27,595 nucleotides of DNA from Desulfohalobiaceae bacterium (GCA_021737115.1 JAIPER010000001.1:1-27595), one strand, 5' to 3'; shown: positions 17,666 to 25,562, counted from the stretch's first letter. A program made the numbers and translations. The notes: a model not told the origin generated them from the sequence alone.

Positions 17666-17865
17666 AAGTATATTACGACAAAGAGGGCAATACGCTTACA
17701 GTTTGGTTTGACGACCCCCAAGAAGAGTATATTTGCGAAGAAACAGGAGATGAAGTAATTTTAATGAAGTCAAAATCAGGAAGAGTAATCGGATTTGAAA
17801 AGTTGAATTACTCCCTTTCTAAAGCGGAGCCACTAAATGTTGCTTTTGAGACTCTGGCAATTTAA
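17653..17865 (+). CDS. DUF2283 domain protein (putative antitoxin)
   Basis: KVYYDKEGNTLTVWF...ILMKSKSGRVIGFE; RBS AAGGAG. Confidence 0.85.
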   Translation: MAQVKVYYDKEGNTLTVWFDDPQEEYICEETGDEVILMKSKSGRVIGFEKLNYSLSKAEPLNVAFETLAI

Positions 17866-17938
17866 TTGAACTGCTTGTTTTGCCCTAACAAGTCATCTGG
17901 GTAGTTCTCCACGGATAATAATGAAAAAAAATCTGACT

Positions 17939-18039
17939 GCCCGCGAATCACGCGAATAGACGCGAATGAAGAGAGTATATTTTTTTATCTGCCAGGGATA
18001 AGAACCCGGCAGATAAAAGCGTCATCGCCTGTCCGGCGA
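17939..18039 (+). repeat. Composite intergenic repeat (9-mer CACGCGAAT units, a T-run and two hairpins)
   Basis: Related copies at 8265, 20018-20077 (minus) and 27475-27570. Confidence 0.75.
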
Positions 18040-18479
18040 ACTACAGACTGAACTGAAGGGAATGCAGAGGTTTTTATCCACTAATCTCCACGAATTTTCA
18101 CTAATTTCTACAGGCCTGATCGGCCTGAAGAAAGGTTACTCACCTGCGGTGAAGCTCTTTCCCCGCACAGCGGGATGACGCCTTCCTGCCTGCGATCAGC
18201 AGGTTCCCGGTGCAGTGAATCAGTAAATCTGTGAATCGGTTACTCAGTAGGAGTAAGAACGCAGATCCTTTTCTCTGAATCCCCGATATACCGATGCACC
18301 GTCTTACTGACCTCTGATCGCTGACCTCTGGTTAATAGTCATTCGTGCCAATTCGCCTGCCCTGATAACCGGAGCCCATTTATGGGAGTTAACTGGGGTG
18401 AGCATTCGTGGACAACATTCTTTTTTCTTGATTTTTTTTATGAGCAATTCTCAAAGTATTAACGGAGGACTACCGGGAA

Positions 18480-18721
18480 TTGGCTGCGCCGGAAAAATCC
18501 GGAAAGCAGTCTCGGATTTTCCCTCTTGATGATCTGATGGCCGCCTTTCCACTTTCCTGGTCCCATTATGTCCTTCTTACTCGACGTTGCCGCTCGGATG
18601 AGGCCAGGCTACTCTACCATGCCGAGGCCTTGGGCGGAGGCTGGTCGGTGCGGCAGTTGCAGCGGCAGATCGACAGCCAGTTTTCTGAGCGCATGTCTCT
18701 GTCAAGAGACATGGCCGCCTT
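18480..18721 (+). pseudogene. DUF1016/YhcG-family (PD-(D/E)XK nuclease-associated) N-terminal fragment
   Basis: FPLSWSHYVLL...EARLLYHAEALGGGWSVRQLQRQIDSQFSER; interrupted at the group II intron remnant. Confidence 0.75.
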
Positions 18722-18796
18722 GAGCCGTATGACAGGAAACTGTCACGCACGGTTCTGAGGGGGGGAAGGGGCCGAACGGCCTCTGACCTACCCGGT
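18722..18796 (+). mobile_element. Group II intron 3' end (domains V and VI) remnant
   Basis: GAGCCGTATG-ACAG-GAAA-CTGT-CACGCACGGTTC (AGC triad, GAAA tetraloop), then GGGGGG..GGGGCC-GAAC-GGCCTCTGACCTACCCGGT with a bulged A. Confidence 0.88.
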
Positions 18797-18808
18797 GTAA
18801 AAAAAGCA

Positions 18809-18847
18809 TTGACATTCCATAGCTTTTGTATTACATTACGTATTACG
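18809..18847 (+). promoter_or_regulatory. Sigma70 promoter of the antitoxin-vapC operon with GTATTAC direct-repeat operator
   Basis: TTGACA (18809-14), 17 nt, TACATT (18832-37); GTATTAC-attac-GTATTAC overlaps the -10 element. Confidence 0.7.
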
Positions 18848-18858
18848 GAGGTGAGGTT

Positions 18859-19101
18859 ATGATTACATTAAGACTTGACCCAAAGCTTGAGCAACAAGTT
18901 AATAACACAGCAAAGTATCTTGGCCTGTCAAAATCTGAACTTATCCGCCAAAGCCTTGTTGATTATATTGAGAAACTTGGGAAACAAAATGCGTGGGAAT
19001 TAGGCCAAGATTTGTTCGGCAAATACTCCAGTGGTCGAAACGATTTGTCTTCAAACAGAAAAGAACTTCTTAAAGATAAAATTCGGGCAAAAAGTAAATG
19101 A
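18859..19101 (+). CDS. Ribbon-helix-helix (CopG-like) antitoxin
   Basis: MITLRLDPKLEQQV...GLSKSELIRQSL; RBS GGAGGTG; overlaps the vapC start (ATGA-type 4-nt overlap). Confidence 0.88.
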   Translation: MITLRLDPKLEQQVNNTAKYLGLSKSELIRQSLVDYIEKLGKQNAWELGQDLFGKYSSGRNDLSSNRKELLKDKIRAKSK

Positions 19102-19508
19102 ATAAAATTCTTATTGATAGTGGCCCATTAATCGCGCTTTTCGACTCATCCGATAAATATCATCAAAAAACTGTGAAATTTATCAAATCTAACCAGTTTT
19201 TACTGATCACCACCATCGCATCAATAACAGAAACCCTGCATTTACTTGATTTTAATCGAAATGCTCAATTGGATTTTATCGAATGGATTTACAGAGGTGG
19301 GGTTGAGATCGCAAATATCACCAATCCCGACTTTGAAATAATTAAAAAATTAACTGAAAAGTATAGTGACCTGCCAATGGATTTTGCAGTCTCATGTCTC
19401 GTCTTACTGGCCGAAAAAATGGATATAAATACAATTGCAACTATTGACCGAGATTTTTCCATTTATCGAATAAAAGGTAAAAAGGCATTCAAAACAATAT
19501 TATTATAA
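19098..19508 (+). CDS. vapC: PIN-domain VapC-type toxin, likely attenuated
   Basis: ILIDSGPLIALFD, ITETLH, TIDRDF; MDFAVS in place of the usual MDFAD. Confidence 0.88.
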   Translation: MNKILIDSGPLIALFDSSDKYHQKTVKFIKSNQFLLITTIASITETLHLLDFNRNAQLDFIEWIYRGGVEIANITNPDFEIIKKLTEKYSDLPMDFAVSCLVLLAEKMDINTIATIDRDFSIYRIKGKKAFKTILL

Positions 19509-19514
19509 AAGCTC

Positions 19515-19572
19515 ATACAACCAATAAGGATTCAGTCGATCCTTCTGAGATCGACTGAATCCTTTGTTCAAC
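19515..19572 (+). mobile_element. attC-like site or 16-bp perfect hairpin downstream of vapC
   Basis: ATACAAC...AAGGATTCAGTCGATC-N7-GATCGACTGAATCCTT-T-GTTCAAC; no clear extrahelical base. Confidence 0.45.
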
Positions 19573-19634
19573 AACGGGCTGGACGAGGATGCGCGGAAAA
19601 AGCGGCCGCGCACCTGTCAGCCCGAACTTTTAAA
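19566..19634 (+). mobile_element. attC site with a mutated R' core
   Basis: GTTCAAC-AACGG-GCTG(G)ACGAGG(A)TGCGCGG-loop-CCGCGCACCTGTCAGC-CCGAAC-TTTTAAA; two extrahelical bases and correct spacing, but TTT where GTT is expected. Confidence 0.7.
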
Positions 19635-20017
19635 TATGGTTAAGGCAAGACGTTCAGGAAAATCGTCTCAGGAAATGGCATGGACAGAAGTATTGACTAT
19701 TTGCTGTCTTCAGGTCATGGAGGCGGTAAAGAAACAGCTTGGAGTCAGGGGCCACATACCGTAGCATCAATGAGAATTCCTCTGGATCTGCATGTATCCT
19801 TCAAGAACAGATTGCTGCTTACAACCCCCATTTCGGGCATGAAATCGCTGATCTAAGCCTTACCACATGAAATTGAGCGAAAGCGAACCTACTGGGGCAG
19901 AATTTCATTGAGGGCTGAAAGCAGGCTTACATTGCATTATTTTTTCAATATGTGAACAACTAACGCGGGTCTGACCCCGTTAACACCGAGAAAAGAATAT
20001 GTTACGAGTTGAGTTAA

Positions 20018-20077
20018 CTGGGGATTTTATCCCCGGCAGCTGAAAAAAAAGTTCTCTTCATTCGCGCCTATTCACGC
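20018..20077 (-). repeat. Inverted copy of the composite intergenic repeat
   Basis: Reverse complement gcgtgaataggcgcgaatgaagagaac-T8-cagctgccggggataaaatccccag aligns with 17948-18010. Confidence 0.75.
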
Positions 20078-20247
20078 ATGTCCCGTAGCTCAGCCTTGTG
20101 ATGATACTGGGATGACTCGCGGGCAGTCAGCTTTTTCCTTTTCATTTTATCTGCCATATTTTTCTTCAAAAATACCCTTCTTGAATTCCATAGGTTCGAG
20201 TGGTAGGGTTCAACCAATTTCAATTCTGCTCAAAAACCAGAAAACGA

Positions 20248-20470
20248 ATGTTCGAACAAACCTTCAAGAATATTGACGACGTCCTTTGGAAATAGGCCGG
20301 GTGTGAAACGGAGTTGGACTACACCGGGCAGATTTCCTGGATGCTCCTTCTCAAATATCTGGACGATCTGGAACAGGAACAGGCCATGGAAGCCGAATAG
20401 GCGGGGAAATCCTACGATTTCATCATCGATGGAGAATTCCGCTGGACGAGCTGGGCCGCTCCCAAAAAAA
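20248..20470 (+). pseudogene. hsdM: Type I restriction-modification methyltransferase (HsdM) N-terminal fragment
   Basis: MFEQTFKNIDDVLWK*AGCETELDYTGQISWMLLLKYLDDLEQEQAMEAE*AGKSYDFIIDGEFRWTSWAAPK; in-frame TAG at 20293 and 20398; truncated. Confidence 0.8.
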
Positions 20471-20523
20471 ATCCACGGCTTTTGATTATGATCAGACGCA
20501 TCTGCAAACTTCTTAACTGTGCA

Positions 20524-21087
20524 ATGAAGTTTCTTTTTTGTATTTCACTCCTGTTTCTGATGTCTGGATGTGCGATGTACCAACAGGAGGCGGTCCCAGA
20601 GATTGGGACCAGCTTATGGATGGAGCGAATCAACTGTTTGGCTGGCTTGCATTTGAAAACCGATCGACGGTTGGCCATTGGTTCTGACGAATGGATGACA
20701 TTGGTGAGCCGCATGCTGGGAGTTTATGACGCGCAGAGACATGGTCCAGACCTTGGATCGAAGGAATGGAAACGTGCGATACATCGCAAGGCGTTTGACA
20801 ACGGACCACAATGCATCAGGGGAATCACGTATATGTCGGATACGGGTGAGCGATTACATGCAACATATGATCAATGTAGGAACAGCACTACTCTGGTTGT
20901 GAATGGCAGGACTGTGACCCTTTACAGGATTGTTTCAGCATCGGGTGCAAAATATAGCTCCAACGAAGATGAAGTATTCTGGAACAAGGGTGGATCGGCA
21001 ACCTACTGGAAAAATGGCAATATCATCTTTCAAGGGATTGAAGAGATTGACTGCCGAAAAAATAGAATCAGAGGACGAGAAAAGTAG
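20524..21087 (+). CDS. Lipoprotein with C-terminal MliC/PliC lysozyme-inhibitor domain
   Basis: Lipobox LMSGC; SASGAKY...FWNKGGSAT is the MliC signature; start moved to ATG 20524. Confidence 0.8.
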   Translation: MKFLFCISLLFLMSGCAMYQQEAVPEIGTSLWMERINCLAGLHLKTDRRLAIGSDEWMTLVSRMLGVYDAQRHGPDLGSKEWKRAIHRKAFDNGPQCIRGITYMSDTGERLHATYDQCRNSTTLVVNGRTVTLYRIVSASGAKYSSNEDEVFWNKGGSATYWKNGNIIFQGIEEIDCRKNRIRGREK

Positions 21088-21110
21088 CGCCACTGATTAT
21101 ACTGTTAATC
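21053..21110 (+). mobile_element. attC-like site overlapping the 3' end of the lipoprotein gene
   Basis: GCCGAAA(for AAC)...AATCAGAGGACG-loop-CGCCACTGATT-ATACT-GTTAATC; arms pair with a bulge. Confidence 0.55.
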
Positions 21111-21292
21111 GACTGACCTTCGGCTATCGAATTATAGTAGTCCATCTTTGAATTTTAGAAGAATACCAGCAGAATGGCGCGAAACTATTGTTAGCTGGGT
21201 CTACCATTGAGACTCGCACGACTGATGCATTAGATTCTTTTGAGATTTTAGCTCGGAAAACACTTTTTCTCATTGTTGAAGGTCGAAATATC

Positions 21293-22000
21293 ATGTCGAG
21301 TGTATTTTCTGCTGGTCTAATGGGCTCTTTAGAACTCCCAAATCGCTTGATTCATTCTGCAACATTAGTGACTTATCCCTGAATCTCTGCAATAAAAAAC
21401 AAGAAAATGTATTGCCCCAAAGGCTTTTTCTTTTTCTTAACCGTGAACGGTGAACCTGGAACCTTCTGGGTTGCGGGCGAAGCCCGCTTTGTAATGCATG
21501 GCAGCCGAAGACTGTACAATAACTGACCCCCTTGTGAAACGCTATGTGAGCTTAGCCAAAGGTGAAGTCGGTCTTATCATACCCGGTTTTATGTATGTGG
21601 AGTCTTACGAAAAAGCATACCAAAAACGGACTGGGATAAGCGATGACAAACATTTGACCGTTTTGACCCGTTTGGTTGATGCTGTGCATGAGGCAGGTGG
21701 GCTTATTGCCTTTCAACTTGTCCATGGAGAAGTGGACAAAGATTTTCCTTTGCTCGTCAAGCTCAATTGATATTAGTAGGAGGCGTCAGGCGTTTAGCAG
21801 AAATGGATAAGGTTTTGTCAGAAGGGAAAGTTGACTTTTTCTCTATGAGTCGGCCATTTATCAGAGAGCCTTTTTTGGTATCTCGTTTAAAGAGTGGCAA
21901 AGTTACGGAAGCCTCATGTATTTCCTGTAATCGCTGTTTTGCTGCGATTTGCAATGGGCTGCCACTTCGTTGTTATTTTGATGGGCTTCCAGCAAAATGA
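21293..22000 (+). pseudogene. NADH:flavin oxidoreductase (old yellow enzyme family), interrupted by a MITE-like insertion and internal deletions
   Basis: MSSVF...LELPNRLIHSAT | insert | CMAAED...LAKGEVGLII.G..YV...FQLVHG | FPLLVKLN* | ILVGGVR...DFFSMSRPFIREP...CISCNRC. Confidence 0.85.
21364..21490 (-). mobile_element. MITE-like element, short copy (127 bp)
   Basis: Reverse complement aligns end to end with 26083-26277; sits exactly at the break in the OYE reading frame. Confidence 0.8.
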
Positions 22001-22149
22001 GATTCCCATAGGTGAAAAGGGCAGGAATTTCTGTTTTAAATGTTTATGAGTACCCCATGGTCCGGTAGATCTGAGAGGGGGATGATGAGAAAAAACAGCT
22101 CTGCAAACGCAGGCGGACAGCAAGAAACCGGCAAGGCCATCTATTCCTT

Positions 22150-22365
22150 TTGGTTTACTATCACGAATCCATGAGGATTCTGAGAGAAGGCGGGCTTATT
22201 CTTGCTGACAATGCCCTGTGGTACGGCAGTATCTTTGACCCCAAAGATGACGACAGCAAAGCCATGGCCCTTTTTAACGAAGAGGTGAGTGGTGACAACA
22301 GGGCGGAGAAACTATTTCTCACCCTCCGCGACGGCATCTACCTGATCAGGAAAAAAATAACCTGA
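22150..22365 (+). pseudogene. C-terminal fragment of a caffeoyl-CoA-type O-methyltransferase
   Basis: LREGGLILADNALWYG...FNEEVSGDNR...LTLRDGIYLIRK; the SAM-binding N-terminal half is absent. Confidence 0.75.
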
Positions 22366-22478
22366 TTGAAATGCTTATCCTGTTGCACCTCGTATTCTTT
22401 CAGTTTCCGGATCAGGGGACTCCGTGAGAACGTCGGAGGTGATGACGCGGCAAAGCCGGCAATGTCGAGGCGAGAGAT

Positions 22479-22943
22479 ATGAAGCGTTCTGCAGTTGGTC
22501 TGATCTGTTGGATAGCTGTATGCATGGCCTCCGGCTGGATCGGCTCCCGGTTCACGCCAGGGGAGTGGTACGCATCCTTGGCAAAGCCTGCCTGGAATCC
22601 ACCGGACTCCGTGTTCGGCCCTGTCTGGTCAGTGTTGTACGTACTCATGGGCGTTGCGGCTTGGCTGGTCTGGCGCAAGGCGGGCTTCGCCGGTGCGCGT
22701 GTGGCAATCGGGTTATTCATCATCCAGTTGTTTCTCAATTCACTGTGGTCGTTTCTCTTTTTCGGAGTGCATCAGCCCGGGCTCGCATTCATCGAGATGC
22801 TCGTACTCTGGCTGGTGATCCTGGCAACAACGACAGGATTCTGGCGCGTATCCGTTCCTGCGGGAATTCTGCTGCTGCCATACCTGTGCTGGGTGGGATT
22901 CGCTATTGCGCTCAATTTTGAGCTTTGGCGACTTAATTCGTGA
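22479..22943 (+). CDS. tspO: TspO/MBR family tryptophan-rich sensory protein
   Basis: WYASLAKPAWNPPDSVFGPVWSVLY, QLFLNSLWSFLFFG, LLPYLCWVGFA..LN. Confidence 0.95.
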   Translation: MKRSAVGLICWIAVCMASGWIGSRFTPGEWYASLAKPAWNPPDSVFGPVWSVLYVLMGVAAWLVWRKAGFAGARVAIGLFIIQLFLNSLWSFLFFGVHQPGLAFIEMLVLWLVILATTTGFWRVSVPAGILLLPYLCWVGFAIALNFELWRLNS

Positions 22944-23013
22944 GGACTGACGTTATACCAGGTCTGGAAAAGTATTCTCAAGGATCGTGAATTCGGAGGG
23001 GCGTGATACGTAA

Positions 23014-23076
23014 TTCTAACCAATTAGGCTACAGACGACCTGCGGGGATACCAACTCTTGAGCCAGGCCGTTCATC
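23014..23076 (+). mobile_element. attC-like site downstream of tspO
   Basis: TTCTAAC-CAATTAG-GCT(A)CAG...TTGAGC-CAGGCC-GTTCATC; intact AAC/GTT cores, imperfect arms. Confidence 0.55.
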
Positions 23077-23418
23077 TCGACTGGCCTTCGGCTATCGACA
23101 TGGAGTAGTCTCTTTTAATATTTGTGAGAAATATCAGACCCATGATCCACTGTATCCCTGCTTGAACTCGACCATAAGTATTTCATTTTACTGCTATTTG
23201 ACATTCATAGAGATCATTTGCAAATATGGGAACAGACTACCATTCGAATGGTTCAAGAGATTAAAATGATTGGACTATCCTATGTCTTGGTACGAAAGCT
23301 TCAACGCTTACCATTTCGATAGAAGCGGATGAGCCAAAAATTAAATCTCATTTGACCATGGTATATTCCGGATTTATTAAGGTGCCAAATCAAGTGATGA
23401 TGGATGAGGGGAGGAAGC

Positions 23419-24126
23419 GTGGCTAAAAGGAAAAAGGCAAAACAACCAACCGCTCTGCAATCGCAGGATGATTTGAAGACTGTCTGGCTTGAATACGAAA
23501 TTACATCAGAACCGATCCGAGACAAACAGTATAAACGTTTGCCAGGTCGGGTAAAGGATGCCATTGAGCAACTTTACCAGAATGCTCAAAGACGCCCTCG
23601 TCAGGCGATTCCCGAATTAGTTGATTTGCTCAAAAAATATCCTAATTTGCCGATGCTATACAACTACCTCAGTGTCGCTTATGCCAAGACGGGTCAACGA
23701 GAGAAGGCGGAGGAAGTTGTTCGTGAGAATTACCGGCGTAATCCTGATTATCTATTTGCCCGTTTGAACTATGCGGAACTTTGTCGTGCGCAGGGGGAAT
23801 ATGAAAAAATAGCAGAAATATTCGAACATAAATTCGAATTGAAATTATTGTATCCGAAACGGAAACGATTTCATTTCTCGGAAGTTACGAATTTTATGGG
23901 ACTGATGGGTATCTACTTTGTGGAGACGGGTGAACGAGAAGGAGCTGAGAGGTATTATGAGATTCTGAAAGAGATTGCTCCAAGCAATCCTAGGACAAAG
24001 ATGCTCCGGAGGAAATTATATCCAAGTTTTTTGAAGCGACTCTTGTGCCGTAGGGCCGGTCAATGGTCAATAGAAAAGGATAAAGAGCCAGAATTTAATA
24101 AAGTCAAAGATAAGTTAATAAAATAA
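23419..24126 (+). CDS. TPR-like hypothetical protein
   Basis: PMLYNYLSVAY, PDYLFARLNYAELC helical repeats; probable GTG start after GGAGG. Confidence 0.8.
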   Translation: MAKRKKAKQPTALQSQDDLKTVWLEYEITSEPIRDKQYKRLPGRVKDAIEQLYQNAQRRPRQAIPELVDLLKKYPNLPMLYNYLSVAYAKTGQREKAEEVVRENYRRNPDYLFARLNYAELCRAQGEYEKIAEIFEHKFELKLLYPKRKRFHFSEVTNFMGLMGIYFVETGEREGAERYYEILKEIAPSNPRTKMLRRKLYPSFLKRLLCRRAGQWSIEKDKEPEFNKVKDKLIK

Positions 24127-24160
24127 ATTGTCGGCAACGGACATGATGAAGGGAGGCAGC

Positions 24161-24361
24161 ATGATCATCAATTTCAAATGCAAGGGCTGCAATCAGGAGT
24201 TTGATTGTGAGATGGGCAAGATCGGAATAAATGACCAGACGTTCCGCCCAGACTTTGAGAAACCTAACTTTTGTCCGCGTTGTGGGGAAAGAGGACTTGA
24301 CGATGTTCTCCTGACTGAACTTGGTCAAAGCCAAATGACCGAAGCAACCAAGGATGCATGA
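24161..24361 (+). CDS. Small zinc-ribbon hypothetical protein
   Basis: CKGC...CPRC; RBS GGGAGG before ATG 24161. Confidence 0.75.
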   Translation: MIINFKCKGCNQEFDCEMGKIGINDQTFRPDFEKPNFCPRCGERGLDDVLLTELGQSQMTEATKDA

Positions 24362-24384
24362 GCAAGCCCGGGATCGCCAACAAG

Positions 24385-24606
24385 CCTGAATTTGTGAATT
24401 ATTTCTATCACCGTAGAAATCGTAAGGAGAGCAAACTCCTGCCGGCATTGTCCGCAGGTGAGTTCCGGGGAATGATTGCATAGGAAGTAACACAGCCGGG
24501 CCGCCCCATAAGGGCTGTCTTAAAGATGCTTGAGCCGTGTGCCGGGAAACTGTCACGCATGGTTCTTAGGGGGAAAAGGGGCCGAGAAGCCCCTGACCTA
24601 CCCGGT
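24385..24606 (+). mobile_element. 5'-truncated group II intron: probable intron-encoded-protein C-terminus plus domains V and VI
   Basis: PEFVNYFYHRRNRKESKLLPALSAGEFRGMIA* (to 24483; IEP assignment tentative); D5/D6 at 24532-24606 GAGCCGTGTGCCGGGAAACTGTCACGCATGGTTC...CCCCTGACCTACCCGGT. Confidence 0.85.
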
Positions 24607-24620
24607 ATTAAAGGAACAAG

Positions 24621-24971
24621 GTGAGTCCTTTGGAGTTATATGATATAAAGCATGCTGTTTTTGATCTCACGAACAAGGACTTCGTTGAATTCGAGGAGTG
24701 GTTCTTTGAATTAGGCGGTAAACGATTGACCAAAGGAATCAAACTCAATGAACTAAGGCGCGCTGTTTTGAATCTATCAAAGAAGGATCTTGAACTTTTT
24801 GAGACCTGGTTTGAGGATTTATGCGATGAACGATGGGCAGAAGAAGTCAAAAACGACCCAATGGCTCAAGACGCAATAAAACTTGGGAATCTGATCATGA
24901 GCAAGCCTGATCCTGGAAAATATTTGGCTGACTTGCTGAGTGGCAGAAATGAAGCCAATGGCGATGAATAA
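24621..24971 (+). CDS. Hypothetical protein with a duplicated antitoxin-like helical module
   Basis: LYDIKHAVFDLTNKDFVEFEEWF and LNELRRAVLNLSKKDLELFETWF repeats. Confidence 0.7.
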   Translation: MSPLELYDIKHAVFDLTNKDFVEFEEWFFELGGKRLTKGIKLNELRRAVLNLSKKDLELFETWFEDLCDERWAEEVKNDPMAQDAIKLGNLIMSKPDPGKYLADLLSGRNEANGDE

Positions 24972-25113
24972 GATAACTATCGGCTATCTCTTCCAGCGGA
25001 TCGCAAAAGCAAAAGAGCCGCGGCCGCTGAAGAGTTCGTTTTGGCAGTAAGAAAATTCAAAAAGAAAACGCATTTCATTTCCCGCACGTAAGCCCAAATC
25101 AGAAAGAAATGTT

Positions 25114-25186
25114 GCCTAACCCGCCGGTGCATCGGCTTGCCATTCCACTGTCGCTCCATGGCAACCAATGATTGGCAATTTTGAGA
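25114..25186 (+). mobile_element. attC site, decayed
   Basis: GCCTAAC-CCGCC-GGT(G)CATCGG(C)TTGCCAT-loop-ATGGCAACC-AATGATT-GGCAAT-TTTGAGA; TTT where GTT is expected. Confidence 0.7.
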
Positions 25187-25207
25187 TTTTATACGAAAGG
25201 AGTTAAT

Positions 25208-25430
25208 ATGATTAAAAAAATATATCAAAACTGCAATGGAGCATGCCAAATACGAAATTCTCCAAGATGATGGGACATATTATGGCGAGATAAAAGAATG
25301 CCCTGGTGTCTATTCAAATGCTCCGACTCTGGAGAAGTGTAGGGATGAACTGGAGGAAGTGCTTGAGGAATGGATTCTTATTCGTGTGTATATGAATCTG
25401 GAAATTCCTTCCCACATCGAAAAGATATAG
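25208..25430 (+). pseudogene. hicB: HicB-family antitoxin, +1 frameshift in an A7 run near the start and C-terminus lost
   Basis: M-I-K-K-[+A]-YIKTAMEHAKYEILQDDGTYYGEIKECPGVYSNAPTLEKCRDELEEVLEEWI; RBS AAGGAG before ATG 25208. Confidence 0.8.
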
Positions 25431-25498
25431 GAAAGGAGTTCTTGAGCAGAATTCTTCGCCAGGCTGGAATTTCTAATGAGGAATGGGAAAGGCTTTAG
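25412..25498 (+). pseudogene. hicA: HicA toxin C-terminal remnant
   Basis: Own translation PHRKDIGKEFLSRILRQAGISNEEWERL*. Confidence 0.75.
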
Positions 25499-25562
25499 CC
25501 CAACCTGTCATTAGCCAAGGATGTGACAACAATGACCTGAACTCGTTGCGTTTAGGAGTAGA

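Noticed and set aside
18722-18796. Class IIC-attC intron explaining the intron/attC association
   Set aside because: IIC introns have a shortened D5 with a CGC triad and insert opposite to cassette orientation; these have a full D5 with AGC and are co-oriented.
19636-19985. Possible REP-associated transposase remnant ending at a GGGTCTGACCCC motif
   Set aside because: No recognisable motif in any + frame; only the terminal motif is suggestive.
20248-20470. Amber (pyrrolysine) read-through at the two in-frame TAG codons of hsdM
   Set aside because: The gene is also truncated after about 74 codons, no pyl genes are in the window, and TAG is used as a normal stop elsewhere (vicinity of 21087, 25498).
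22000-22150. Possible riboswitch or ncRNA upstream of the O-methyltransferase fragment
   Set aside because: No recognisable aptamer consensus or convincing stems.
23100-23400. Decayed ORF after the tspO attC site
   Set aside because: Multiple stops in all frames and no family recognised.
24975-25119. Gene remnant whose stop overlaps the attC R'' core
   Set aside because: Position fits a cassette 3' end, but the short stop-interrupted peptide cannot be assigned.
25498-25552. Complete attC after the hicA remnant
   Set aside because: GCCCAAC overlaps the stop codon, but the arms do not pair at canonical spacing; counted only as a half site.
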